64,000 nt of DNA from an uncultured Bacteroidota bacterium (lineage in GTDB: Bacteria > Bacteroidota > Bacteroidia > Bacteroidales > UBA12077): positions 4,610-68,609 of the forward strand of contig CAJXLK010000023.1 in assembly GCA_913055635.1 (NCBI GenBank), written 5' to 3'. Below, piece by piece: positions 19,798 through 29,182 of the stretch; the first letter of the stretch is position 1, and the number at the start of each line of letters is the position of its first letter. A model generated the notes under the pieces. It was not told the DNA's origin. It was given only the letters and a program-made list of their open reading frames with translations, and searched no databases. The position numbers and the translations under genes were made by a program.

Positions 19798-20322
19798 ATG
19801 GGCGAGCAAAAACCGAACATCAAGGAGCTGCGCTCGGGTTTATCCAGCAATGACGCCAACATTGTGATCAATACCCTTCAGCAGGTAAGAAATGCCGGCA
19901 GTAAGGTGCTGATACCCGAGTTGGTGGCCCTTTTAAGGAATTCCCGTGGAAGTGAAGTCAAAACCCATGTGTTGACCATCCTGAATAACCTGAAATATCA
20001 ATCCTCGGCCGGGGAGCTGGTCAAAGCCATACGAAATGAACAGGATCCCGAGGTGGTTGCTTTGTTGGTGGCTGCATGCTGGAAAAACGGGCTGGATTAC
20101 AGCGATTACATCGACGATTTTGTGGATATATTCATGCGCTACGATTATACCACTGCCCTGGATGCCCTGACGGTGATTGAAAACGCAACCAGGGAACTTC
20201 AATCCGCTGCTACCGGCGAGAGGATCCAGAAACTGAAGGCCCGCCTGGATGAAAGTGAAGAAAATAAAAAGAGGCTGACCATGGAGCTGATTCATACCCT
20301 CCAGCAAAAAATCTCTGAATAA
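19798..20322 (+). CDS. HEAT/ARM-repeat-like helical protein
   Basis: Amphipathic helical repeats (IPELVALL, ELVKAI, LVAACWKNGLDYS). Confidence 0.7.
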   Translation: MGEQKPNIKELRSGLSSNDANIVINTLQQVRNAGSKVLIPELVALLRNSRGSEVKTHVLTILNNLKYQSSAGELVKAIRNEQDPEVVALLVAACWKNGLDYSDYIDDFVDIFMRYDYTTALDALTVIENATRELQSAATGERIQKLKARLDESEENKKRLTMELIHTLQQKISE

Positions 20323-20342
20323 GGATCCTGGCTGTTTTTCCT

Positions 20343-21683
20343 ATGTATGCCGTCATTGATGTTGAGACCACCGGACTGAAGCCTGCCAGTGAAAAAATCA
20401 TTGACATTGCTGTCCTGCTGCATGATGGAGATCAGGTGGTGGATGAGTTTCAGAGTCTGATCAATCCTGAACGCATCATCCCGGCCCATATTACCCGATT
20501 AACAGGAATTACCAATGAAATGATCCAGGAGGCCCCTAAATTCTGGGAAATAGCACGCGATTTGGTGCTGATGACGCAGGATAGGACCTTTGTGGCGCAC
20601 AATGCGAATTTTGATTATAATTTCGTGCGCAAGGAATTTGCAGAGCTTGGTTATACCTTTAAAAGAAAAAAGTTATGTACGGTGCAGTTAAGCCGTCGGT
20701 TGTTGCCCGGGAGGAAGTCTTACAGCCTGGGCAACATTTGCCGGGATTTGAATTGTAACATCAACCATCGGCACAGGGCCTATGGGGATGCCCGGGCTAC
20801 AGCAATGCTTTTTTCCCACCTTTTACAGATTGATCAGCAAAAAAATCAGGGGCATAAGCCACGCGGAGTCTCTGACCTGGATTTGATCCGTCATCTGCCG
20901 GCTTGCACCGGCGTTTATTATTTTTGGAACGAGCAGGATGAGATGATTTATGTGGGCAAAAGTAAAAATATTCACGCCCGTGTTTTGGCCCATTTTCAGG
21001 ATGGAAGTTCCCGTCGTTCCCGGAAAATGCTCGAACAAATCCACCAAATTACCTATGAAGAAACCGGCAGCGAACTGATTGCCCTGCTGAAGGAATCCCA
21101 TGAAATAAAACATTACAAGCCAATCTATAACCGAAAACAACGGAGAGCTTCCACCGACTTCGGGGTCTTTTGGTATTATGACCTCCAGGGCTACATCCGT
21201 TTTCAAGTGGCTAAAAATCAGGAAAATAAAGAATTGCTCGCCAGTTTTACTTCTTATAAACAGGCCCGCGCCTATTTGTTTAACCTTTGCAGCAATTACC
21301 AGCTTTGCCAAAAACTCTGCGGATTATATGAGGCGGCTGGTGCGTGTTTTTATTACCATGTGGGCCAGTGTTATGGCGCCTGCATAAGAGAGGAGCCAGC
21401 GGATACCTATAACCGCCGTGCCCAGTCAGCAATTCAAAACTTAACCCTGCAGCACGAAAACTTTTTTGTTCTTGAGCCTGGCCGTCATCAACAGGAATGG
21501 GCTGTGGTCCAGATTGAAAACAATCAGTATCGGGGCTATGGTTACCTCGATGAAGGTTCTGATCCTTCCGAAATCGAACTTTTGAAAGATGTTGTTCGTC
21601 ATTATCCTGATAATCAGGATATACAGAGAATATTGAGGCAGTATTTGCGCACTTCCGGCCAGATTCGCATTATACCCTATTGA
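20343..21683 (+). CDS. DEDDh 3'-5' exonuclease (Pol III epsilon-like) fused to a UvrC/Cho-like GIY-YIG domain
   Basis: DVETTG, VAHNANFD, HRAYGDA; GVYYF...IYVGKS...R; Cys cluster LCQKLCG...C...C...C. Confidence 0.9.
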   Translation: MYAVIDVETTGLKPASEKIIDIAVLLHDGDQVVDEFQSLINPERIIPAHITRLTGITNEMIQEAPKFWEIARDLVLMTQDRTFVAHNANFDYNFVRKEFAELGYTFKRKKLCTVQLSRRLLPGRKSYSLGNICRDLNCNINHRHRAYGDARATAMLFSHLLQIDQQKNQGHKPRGVSDLDLIRHLPACTGVYYFWNEQDEMIYVGKSKNIHARVLAHFQDGSSRRSRKMLEQIHQITYEETGSELIALLKESHEIKHYKPIYNRKQRRASTDFGVFWYYDLQGYIRFQVAKNQENKELLASFTSYKQARAYLFNLCSNYQLCQKLCGLYEAAGACFYYHVGQCYGACIREEPADTYNRRAQSAIQNLTLQHENFFVLEPGRHQQEWAVVQIENNQYRGYGYLDEGSDPSEIELLKDVVRHYPDNQDIQRILRQYLRTSGQIRIIPY

Positions 21684-21815
21684 CTTCCGCTACCATTAGC
21701 CCTGCCTGCCTGTTTTACCTCCAAGGGGGCATTACTAAAGTCGTCCTTTGTTTTTTTTATTGATGGCTTTTTGTTGTTTTTCTTCTGATAATTAAATATT
21801 TTAGAAGCAGATTTT

Positions 21816-22763
21816 ATGGTACGCGCAATCCTCATACTTTTCCTAATGGGTCTGCTTGCCGGAGGCCGAGCGGTCGGACAGGATTCTCTGCGGCTCGTCG
21901 GGGAGATATTTCATGGTGAAAAAAAACTTTCCGATGTCAACATTACCGTTAAGAGGGATTCGGTCGTGGATAAAATCTACCATTCCAGAGAAGACGGCCA
22001 GTTTAACTTTAAATTGCCCTATGACAGCCTGTATACCGTGATTTTTTCCCGCCGGCATTTTATGTCAAAGTCCTTATTGGTCAATACTTCCTTTCCTGAT
22101 TACATCAAAGCATCCAGACAGCAACTGGTGCGCATTCAGCTGGAACTGATTGAAAACCTGGGACAAACCGAACAGAGCAGTAAGCCGCTGGGCCGTATTG
22201 TTTTTAGCCGAACCACCGGGGAGTTTGAGTATCAGTCCCATTATCAGAGAAATATGACCACCAGCTTTGAGGTAGCCGGAACAGACTTCAGGTTCGCCGA
22301 TTTGCTCAATGAAAAAGAAGAACCTGAAAAAGCCGGAACGGATCAAGAAGAGCTCCAAAAACAGAATCAAAAGGTACCGAATGGGGAAGTACAAAGTGTC
22401 AGCCCCCAAAAACGCCGTTATTACCATAAGATCTTGGAGCGGAGGGACCAATTTCTGGGAAAAAACCCCGATCGGGTTGATCTCCATAAGAAATTGCCTG
22501 CTTCGGGAGAAGCCATCAAAAAGTTGGATTTTGATACCGCGGTTAGCCATTATTCGAGGAAAGGCATGGATGTGACTGAGGTGATAGTTAATAAAGGGGA
22601 TATTCTGAGGGTATACCACCGGGTGAAGCATTACTGGGGGGCTGTTTTCTATTTCAGGAATTACCGCCCCATCACCAAAACCCTTTACAAGCTGGAAACA
22701 TCCCTTTCAAAAGATCAATCTTTTTCCTCGCAAACCGACTCAACAAAAAGGGCATCGAGATAA
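21816..22763 (+). CDS. Secreted hypothetical protein with N-terminal carboxypeptidase-regulatory-like beta-sandwich
   Basis: Signal peptide; LSDVNITV...DGQFNFKLPYDSLYTVIFS pattern. Confidence 0.65.
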   Translation: MVRAILILFLMGLLAGGRAVGQDSLRLVGEIFHGEKKLSDVNITVKRDSVVDKIYHSREDGQFNFKLPYDSLYTVIFSRRHFMSKSLLVNTSFPDYIKASRQQLVRIQLELIENLGQTEQSSKPLGRIVFSRTTGEFEYQSHYQRNMTTSFEVAGTDFRFADLLNEKEEPEKAGTDQEELQKQNQKVPNGEVQSVSPQKRRYYHKILERRDQFLGKNPDRVDLHKKLPASGEAIKKLDFDTAVSHYSRKGMDVTEVIVNKGDILRVYHRVKHYWGAVFYFRNYRPITKTLYKLETSLSKDQSFSSQTDSTKRASR

Positions 22764-22952
22764 AATGCAGGCAAATGTTAATGAATCATAAAGCTACAGA
22801 TATATGGTTGTTGGCAGGAAGGCCAGGAAATCTGCCTACATTGATTTATGCAAATTCACTGCACAAAACAGTGGTTTGTATTATGATCGAGCTGATTTAA
22901 CGATTTAAGATTTCATTACGTTGTTTTTTACCCTTAATAAGTTTTCATACTG

Positions 22953-24116
22953 ATGAAACGGTTTTTTTTCAGTGGTTTAATTTTCATTTTGTTCATGACA
23001 GTTTTCCTTACAGCCATGCAGGGGCAGGATCAATTGTTGCGGGATTATGGCATTGAGATTGGTGTTTTGGAACCCGGGATGGGCAATGCCATTACAGATA
23101 TTGAAGGGGTTGAAGTCGGCCAGGTAACCCTCAGGGAAGGCGAGCGTGTTCGAACCGGGGTTACGGCCATTTTACCCCATGGGGGCAATTTATATCAAAA
23201 CAAGGTGCCCGGGGCGGTATATGTGGGCAATGGATTTGGGAAACTAACAGGGGTTACCCAGGTAAGGGAGCTGGGTTCCATTGAGACGCCCATTGTTTTA
23301 ACCAACACCCTGGATGTACCGACGGCGGCGGGAGCTGTAATCGATTATACTTTATCGCGCCCGGGCAATGAGCAGGTCCGCTCGGTTAATCCTGTGGTGG
23401 GGGAAACCAATGACGGGTGGCTCAATGACATTCGCGGCCGGCATGTTCAGGGGCATCATGTTTTAGAAGCCTTGCATAAGGCTGATACAGGGACCCTTCG
23501 TCAGGGCAATGTAGGGGCTGGTACCGGCACGGTGTGTTTTGGATTTAAAGGGGGCATCGGAAGTGCATCCCGTGTTTTGCCTGAGAAAGCCGGAGGATAT
23601 AGGGTAGGGGTGCTGGTTCAGACCAATTTTGGCGGGGTTTTGCAGATTAAGGGTGCACCTGTGGGCCAGGAGCTGGGCCGTTATTATATGAGCGATTACC
23701 GAGAGCAGGCCCCTGGTGGTTCCTGTATGATTGTGGTGGCCACCAATGCCCCGCTCAGTGCCCGCAACCTGGAAAGGCTGGCCAAAAGGGCCATGCTCGG
23801 TTTGGCCCGTACCGGCGGGGTCTCTACCAACGGCAGCGGGGATTACGTGATCGCCTTTTCTACCAGCCAGCAGGTACGCATTTCCAGAGCTGACCACCAG
23901 ACCCCACGGTCGGTTGAAGTACTTCCCAATGGGGCCACCTCACCACTTTTCCTGGCCACTATTGAAGCCACCCAGGAAGCCATTGTCAACTCCCTGTTTG
24001 CCGCTCAAACCTTGACCGGCATGAATGGACGTACATGCCAGGAATTGCCTGAAAAAAAGGTCCTCGACATCCTCCAGCGGTATGGATACCCAAGCGAAAA
24101 AAACAACCGGCCATGA
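22953..24116 (+). CDS. P1 (DmpA) family aminopeptidase
   Basis: NAITDIEGVEVG, NGFGK, VGETNDGWLN, GAGTG, GS autoproteolysis site (GGSCMIVVAT), NGSGDY; signal peptide. Confidence 0.9.
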   Translation: MKRFFFSGLIFILFMTVFLTAMQGQDQLLRDYGIEIGVLEPGMGNAITDIEGVEVGQVTLREGERVRTGVTAILPHGGNLYQNKVPGAVYVGNGFGKLTGVTQVRELGSIETPIVLTNTLDVPTAAGAVIDYTLSRPGNEQVRSVNPVVGETNDGWLNDIRGRHVQGHHVLEALHKADTGTLRQGNVGAGTGTVCFGFKGGIGSASRVLPEKAGGYRVGVLVQTNFGGVLQIKGAPVGQELGRYYMSDYREQAPGGSCMIVVATNAPLSARNLERLAKRAMLGLARTGGVSTNGSGDYVIAFSTSQQVRISRADHQTPRSVEVLPNGATSPLFLATIEATQEAIVNSLFAAQTLTGMNGRTCQELPEKKVLDILQRYGYPSEKNNRP

Positions 24117-24892
24117 ACATCATTGGTATAATTGGTGGAGTGGGACCCTTTGCAGGGGTAGATCTGACCTCCAAAATCTTTACCCAAACCATGGCCCGGT
24201 GTGATCAGGACCATCTTCCTGTCGCCCTGCTCTCCTTTCCCGAAAAAATCCCTGACCGAACCGACTACCTGCTCGGACGGGTTGCTGTTAATCCTGCCCG
24301 GCCCGTTAGCCATCTCATCCTGCAATTGGAAAATCTGGGGGCTTCTGTGGTGGGTATACCCTGCAATACCATGCATGCACCCGGAATTTTCGATGTGATT
24401 CAAAGCCACCTCAAACAGAAGGGAAGCCGCATAGAGCTGCTGCATATGGTCGGGGAAGTTGTAGGGTTTATTAAGGCCGTTTTTCCTGATATGCAGCAAG
24501 TAGGGGTTTTATCTACTACCGGAACCTGGAAGACAGGGGTCTATCGCCATGCCTTGCAGCGGGCAGGTTTTCAACCCATGGTGCCCGAACGGGATTTGCA
24601 GGATTTGGTGCATCAGGCCATATACAATAAATCTTATGGCATTAAAGCCATGTCGAACCCGATTCACCCAAAAGCCCAACAACAATTGATCAAGGCAGCG
24701 CGCGTGTTAAAAAAAGAAGGCGCCGAGGGCCTGATCCTGGGGTGTACCGAAATATCCTATGCCTTCAACCAGCAGAGCCTGGAGGGGTTGCCCCTTTTCG
24801 ATCCCACCTGGATCCTGGCCCGGCGCCTTATAGAGGCGACCTATCCCGAACGCCTTAAACCCCTTGAAGATTTTTACCATTATTCCTGGTAG
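24113..24892 (+). CDS. Aspartate/amino-acid racemase (Asp/Glu racemase family)
   Basis: IGIIGGVGP, DQDH, both catalytic Cys motifs PCNT and GCTE; ATGA overlap with the peptidase. Confidence 0.9.
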   Translation: MNIIGIIGGVGPFAGVDLTSKIFTQTMARCDQDHLPVALLSFPEKIPDRTDYLLGRVAVNPARPVSHLILQLENLGASVVGIPCNTMHAPGIFDVIQSHLKQKGSRIELLHMVGEVVGFIKAVFPDMQQVGVLSTTGTWKTGVYRHALQRAGFQPMVPERDLQDLVHQAIYNKSYGIKAMSNPIHPKAQQQLIKAARVLKKEGAEGLILGCTEISYAFNQQSLEGLPLFDPTWILARRLIEATYPERLKPLEDFYHYSW

Positions 24893-25029
24893 CTGATCCG
24901 ATAAATGGCTGACCCGAATCCCAACGGCCTTGAAACAGGTATCGTTTTTACCTCTGTTGCTGATAGGTGATCGGGTAGATGGCTGATGCGAACGGGCACG
25001 GCATCGACCCAACGATATTGTTTTATACT

Positions 25030-26178
25030 TTATTTCTGATAGGTTATTCGATAGATGGCGTTTCCGTAATCGTCGGAAACCAACAGGGACCCGTCATGGA
25101 GTTGAACAAGATCAACTGGCCGGCCCCATACCTGTTCGCCCTGCAACCAGCCGGTGGCAAAGGGCTTATAGGACCGCGCCTCCCCGTCTTTTACCCCTAC
25201 CTGCATGATCCGGTATCCAATTTTCTCTGACCGGTTCCAGCTTCCATGTTCGGCAATGAGGATCTGATGTTGGTATTTTTCAGGAAACATATCCCCGGTG
25301 TAAAAAATCATCCCAAGGGCAGCCACATGTGGGCCCAGTTCCTGTGCGGGTGCGGTGTATTTGTTGCAACTCTGCTTGTCCCCGAACTTGGGATCGGGAA
25401 GGTCCTTTCCGTGGCAGAAGGGATAGCCAAAATGCATGCCTTTTTGCGGGGCTTTATTCAGCTCATCGGGGGGGCGGTTGTCGCCTAGCATGTCGCGGCC
25501 ATTGTCTGTAAACCAAAGGTTTTGGGTTTCGGGATGCCAGGTGAAACCCACGGTATTGCGGATGCCTTCGGCATAAATCTCCATATCACTCCCATCCGGG
25601 TCCATCCGGGTGATCGTGGCATAAATATCGCGTTCCGGATTGCAAATGTTACAGGGAGCTCCTACCGGCACGTAGAGCTTGCCCTGTGGTCCGAAGGCAA
25701 TGTATTTCCAGCCATGATGGCGATCCGTGGGATAATCGCTATAGATCACCTGATAGGAGGGGTCCTGTTGATAGGTGTTCATGATATCCGGAAATCTTAG
25801 GATTCGGTCGACTTCAGCCACGTATAGGTTGCCCTGGTGGTAAGCCACCCCATTGGGCATGTTTAGCCCTTCAACAATGATATGGCGCTCATCGGCTTTG
25901 AAATCCCCGTCGGTGTCGCGCAGCAGGTAAACCTTGTCTTCGGTTCGGTTGCCTACAAAAATATTGCCGCGGGGGCCTTTGGCCATTGAACGGGCATCGT
26001 CCAGCCCGGTGGCATAGGTGTCAATTTGAAAACCCCCGGGCAGCTCGATCAAATCGAGGTAGAGTTTTCCATCCTGAATGTCTTCCGGAGCGTTAACTGT
26101 TCGCTCCTGCTGAGCTCCGGCCGGTGCGCTTATGAAAAGCATAAGCCCCAGTAAATAGGAAAAAATGGTTCGAATCAT
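25030..26178 (-). CDS. PQQ-dependent sugar/sorbosone dehydrogenase family beta-propeller protein
   Basis: Signal peptide from MIRTIF; HHGWK, GAPCNIC, GIRNTVG, DNGRD, HGSWNR, GRPVD. Confidence 0.9.
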   Translation of the reverse strand: MIRTIFSYLLGLMLFISAPAGAQQERTVNAPEDIQDGKLYLDLIELPGGFQIDTYATGLDDARSMAKGPRGNIFVGNRTEDKVYLLRDTDGDFKADERHIIVEGLNMPNGVAYHQGNLYVAEVDRILRFPDIMNTYQQDPSYQVIYSDYPTDRHHGWKYIAFGPQGKLYVPVGAPCNICNPERDIYATITRMDPDGSDMEIYAEGIRNTVGFTWHPETQNLWFTDNGRDMLGDNRPPDELNKAPQKGMHFGYPFCHGKDLPDPKFGDKQSCNKYTAPAQELGPHVAALGMIFYTGDMFPEKYQHQILIAEHGSWNRSEKIGYRIMQVGVKDGEARSYKPFATGWLQGEQVWGRPVDLVQLHDGSLLVSDDYGNAIYRITYQK

Positions 26179-26238
26179 AATGTTTTTTTTGTTCTTTACA
26201 GCATTCATAGGTTCAACAAAATCTAGCCCTGATCGTTC

Positions 26239-26437
26239 AACTGGAACCCCGCTAACTGGCACCCCGCTTAGCGGGGTCTTGAACTGGCACCCCGCTAACT
26301 GGCACCCCGCTTAGCGGGGTCTTGAACTGGCACCCCGCTAACTGGAACCCCGCTTAGCGGGGTCTTGAACTGGCACCCCGCTAACTGGAACCCCGCTTAG
26401 CGGGGTCTTGTTCTTGGTATACCCCGCTAAGCGGGGT
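26239..26437. repeat. Four tandem 43-bp units carrying the ACCCCGCTTAGCGGGGT palindrome plus one inverted core copy
   Basis: Unit AACTGG(A/C)ACCCCGCT-AACTGG(C/A)ACCCCGCTTAGCGGGGTCTTG at 26239, 26282, 26325, 26368; ACCCCGCTAAGCGGGGT at 26421. Confidence 0.95.
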
Positions 26438-26472
26438 CGCAAAAGTGAGCTCGGAATTCCGTCAATTTTGTG

Positions 26473-26480
26473 TAAATTTG
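26473..26480 (+). promoter_or_regulatory. -7 promoter box
   Basis: TAAATTTG upstream of ATG 26508. Confidence 0.5.
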
Positions 26481-26507
26481 AGGGGTAACTATTTAATCTA
26501 TTTACTT

Positions 26508-26720
26508 ATGGAATCCTATACGAGAATTTTGACCCTGGAGAATGAGATGGAAGCCCAGCGGCTTTCCTCGATTTTGGATGAAGAGCACATTCCCCATGTT
26601 GTGCGCTCTTATCATGATTCGGTATATGACGGCATCTTTCAGACGGTAAGGGGATGGGGCCACCTGGAGGCACCAGAGAACTACCGCGATAAAATCCTTT
26701 CCCTTTACGAAAACATGTAA
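26508..26720 (+). CDS. Small DUF2007-like (putative signal transducing) protein
   Basis: LENEMEAQRLSSILDEEHIP...DSVYDG...GWG pattern. Confidence 0.72.
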   Translation: MESYTRILTLENEMEAQRLSSILDEEHIPHVVRSYHDSVYDGIFQTVRGWGHLEAPENYRDKILSLYENM

Positions 26721-26815
26721 TTCTGGAGGCTTTAGGGCCTATATTGGTGTCTTTCCTGGGAGCGGCCCAATTAGAGGTGTTTTTGATGCATTGATTTTTT
26801 CTAACCTATTTGATC

Positions 26816-28612
26816 ATGGGCACGATTTGGCGGAACTCGCTTGGCAATATTGACCGGACCTTCCGTTTTATCTATCGCCATTCCCCGAAATGGACCCTGC
26901 TACATATTGTGACTGCCACTATTATGGGGCTTTTGCCCCTGGGGTTGATTTATCTGATCAAGCTGTTGGTCGATGAAGTCACGGCAGCTGTTGAAGAAGG
27001 CGGGGCGGGGGGATTGGAAAACATCGTGTGGATCATTCTGGCAACCGGCATTGTTTTTTTTCTAAACAGTGCCGTGGGCTCCTGGTTTAATTTCATCAAG
27101 GAGAAACATACCCGCCAGATCGAAGATCTGATGTTTGGTAAGATTCAAGCCAAGGCCTCCACCCTGGACCTGGAATATTTTGAGAACCCCCATTATCATG
27201 ATGTCATATACCGGGCGGAACAGGAATCCCGTTACAGGCCACAGCAGATCATTACCGGGTTGATTACTGTCATTCAGAACACCATTTCGCTGATTACCGT
27301 GGCCCTGATGCTAACCTCCCTGAACTGGCTTATTATAGTGGTCTTGGCGGTTGCGGTGCTGCCTGCCGTATATGTAAAATTCCGCTACAACGAACGCAAT
27401 TACAGGTTGTTTCGAAGCCATACCGAGGATCTGCGCAAGACCTTTTACTTCAACCGGATGCTGACCGAGAAAAGTTTTACCAAGGAGTTGCGGTTGTTTG
27501 GGCTGGCCCCGTATTTTCGCCGACAGTTTGAACAGCTCCGCGATAAGGTGTGGCGTCAGAAGTACCGTTTATTGCGCAACAAGACCATTTATGAGACGCT
27601 CACCCATTTGGTGGCAGCAGGAGCCATCTTTGGGGCTTTTGCCTGGCTTGCGCGGGATGCCATGCAGGGGGCAATTACCATTGGGTCATTGGTGATGTAT
27701 TTTTTGGTGATCCGGCGGGGATTTACTTTTTTGAAGAGCTTGATGGATGGCTTTTCAAAGCTTTATGAGCAGAATCTTTTTCTGGACAACCTCTTTGAAT
27801 TTCTCAATCTGAAACCCCGGGTGCAAGCCCCTAAACAGAAGGTGCCTGCATTGAAACAGCCCCTCTCCATCACCCTGAAAGGGGTTGATTTTCGTTATCC
27901 CAATACCGGGGCGATGGTCTTAAAGGATGTGAACCTGCATATCCCGGCCGGCAAAACGGTGGCTTTTGTGGGGGCCAACGGAGCGGGCAAAACCACCCTG
28001 ATTAAACTGTTGTGTCGTTTTTATGATCCCACCGCCGGGTCGATTCTCTTTAATGGGATCAACCTGAGAGATATGCCCAAGGAGCAGGTTTTTGACCAGG
28101 TGAGCGTTATGTTTCAGGATTTTATCCATTATCACCTGACCGCCGGGGAAAACATCTGGTTTGGTGACATTGCCAAGCCCTATGATTGGCGGTATTTATC
28201 TCATTCTGCCGAAAATGCAGGAATCCGCGAGCGGATTGAATCGCTTCACGATCAATACAATACCTATTTGGGCAACCTGTTCAACAACAGTGCCGAGCTG
28301 AGTATAGGGGAGTGGCAGAAACTGGCCATTGCCCGGGCCTATTTCCGCGATGCCGGGCTGTATATCCTGGATGAACCCTCCAGCTCAATGGATGCTGTCA
28401 CCGAGCAGGAAGTGTTCAGCCGTTTTAAAGAACTGATTCAGGGCAGAACAGCTATCGTTATCAGCCATCGCTTTACCACCATCAGCATGGTTGATTATAT
28501 ATATGTTCTGGATCAGCACACCATCCGGGAATCAGGAACCCATCAGGAACTTATGCAGCAGGAAGGCCTTTACGCCCGGCTTTATCGCACCCAGGCCCGC
28601 CATTATCAGTAA
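26816..28612 (+). CDS. ABC exporter, fused TMD+NBD
   Basis: N-terminal TM helices; GANGAGKTT, variant signature LSIGEWQK, LDEPSS, ISHR. Confidence 0.92.
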   Translation: MGTIWRNSLGNIDRTFRFIYRHSPKWTLLHIVTATIMGLLPLGLIYLIKLLVDEVTAAVEEGGAGGLENIVWIILATGIVFFLNSAVGSWFNFIKEKHTRQIEDLMFGKIQAKASTLDLEYFENPHYHDVIYRAEQESRYRPQQIITGLITVIQNTISLITVALMLTSLNWLIIVVLAVAVLPAVYVKFRYNERNYRLFRSHTEDLRKTFYFNRMLTEKSFTKELRLFGLAPYFRRQFEQLRDKVWRQKYRLLRNKTIYETLTHLVAAGAIFGAFAWLARDAMQGAITIGSLVMYFLVIRRGFTFLKSLMDGFSKLYEQNLFLDNLFEFLNLKPRVQAPKQKVPALKQPLSITLKGVDFRYPNTGAMVLKDVNLHIPAGKTVAFVGANGAGKTTLIKLLCRFYDPTAGSILFNGINLRDMPKEQVFDQVSVMFQDFIHYHLTAGENIWFGDIAKPYDWRYLSHSAENAGIRERIESLHDQYNTYLGNLFNNSAELSIGEWQKLAIARAYFRDAGLYILDEPSSSMDAVTEQEVFSRFKELIQGRTAIVISHRFTTISMVDYIYVLDQHTIRESGTHQELMQQEGLYARLYRTQARHYQ

Positions 28613-28749
28613 AAACACGCCAATCCCTCCAGGTTTATCCATCCGTTTGAACCCCATTGCTGTTTATCTCCGCCTGATACACCTACTGCTTTGTGCGCCT
28701 TAAAAATCCAATAATAGCCGGGAGAGATTCAGATCTGCCGGCAGAGGAT

Positions 28750-29157
28750 TTACTTGAGGCCCTTTTTCTGAAACAACGGGGCATACTTTTGATCAGTGCC
28801 CATGATGTGCTTGAGCAACCAGTTTTTTAGATAGGTCAGCAAGTCGATTACATCGCTGGTGTTATCGGCATCCAGGTTGGCCCGATAGCTGGCGATCTTC
28901 TCCTTGAAGTTTTCATGTTCCTGCCGGTGTGCTTCATAACCTTCAAAACCGTAAAGCTGCATGAACTTCTCCTCATGATTGAAGTGATAAACCGCGTATT
29001 CTTCAAGCTCTGAAAAGATTTTTTCCAGATCCTGGTTGCTGATTCCCTGATAGAACTTGTTGTAAAGCTCATTGATCAAGTGAACCAGGTGCTTGTGCTG
29101 ATCATCAATCGAGGGAATCTTGACCGAATAGTTGTCTTTCCATGTAATGAATTCCAT
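28750..29157 (-). CDS. Bacteriohemerythrin
   Basis: W-x3-YSV, IDDQH, HFNHEE, HRQEH, HIMGTD: full di-iron ligand set. Confidence 0.93.
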   Translation of the reverse strand: MEFITWKDNYSVKIPSIDDQHKHLVHLINELYNKFYQGISNQDLEKIFSELEEYAVYHFNHEEKFMQLYGFEGYEAHRQEHENFKEKIASYRANLDADNTSDVIDLLTYLKNWLLKHIMGTDQKYAPLFQKKGLK

Positions 29158-29182
29158 ACCATTTAAGGTTTGTATTGAAACA

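Noticed and set aside
26239-26437. CRISPR array (the palindrome recalls type I-E repeats)
   Set aside because: No unique spacers, units are near-identical, no cas genes
29075-29089. 15-bp match (ATCAAGTGAACCAGG) to the tRNA-Arg(CCG) 3' end region at 35466-35480, a possible att duplication
   Set aside because: Lies inside the intact hemerythrin CDS at a conserved helix, and there is no integrase; probably chance
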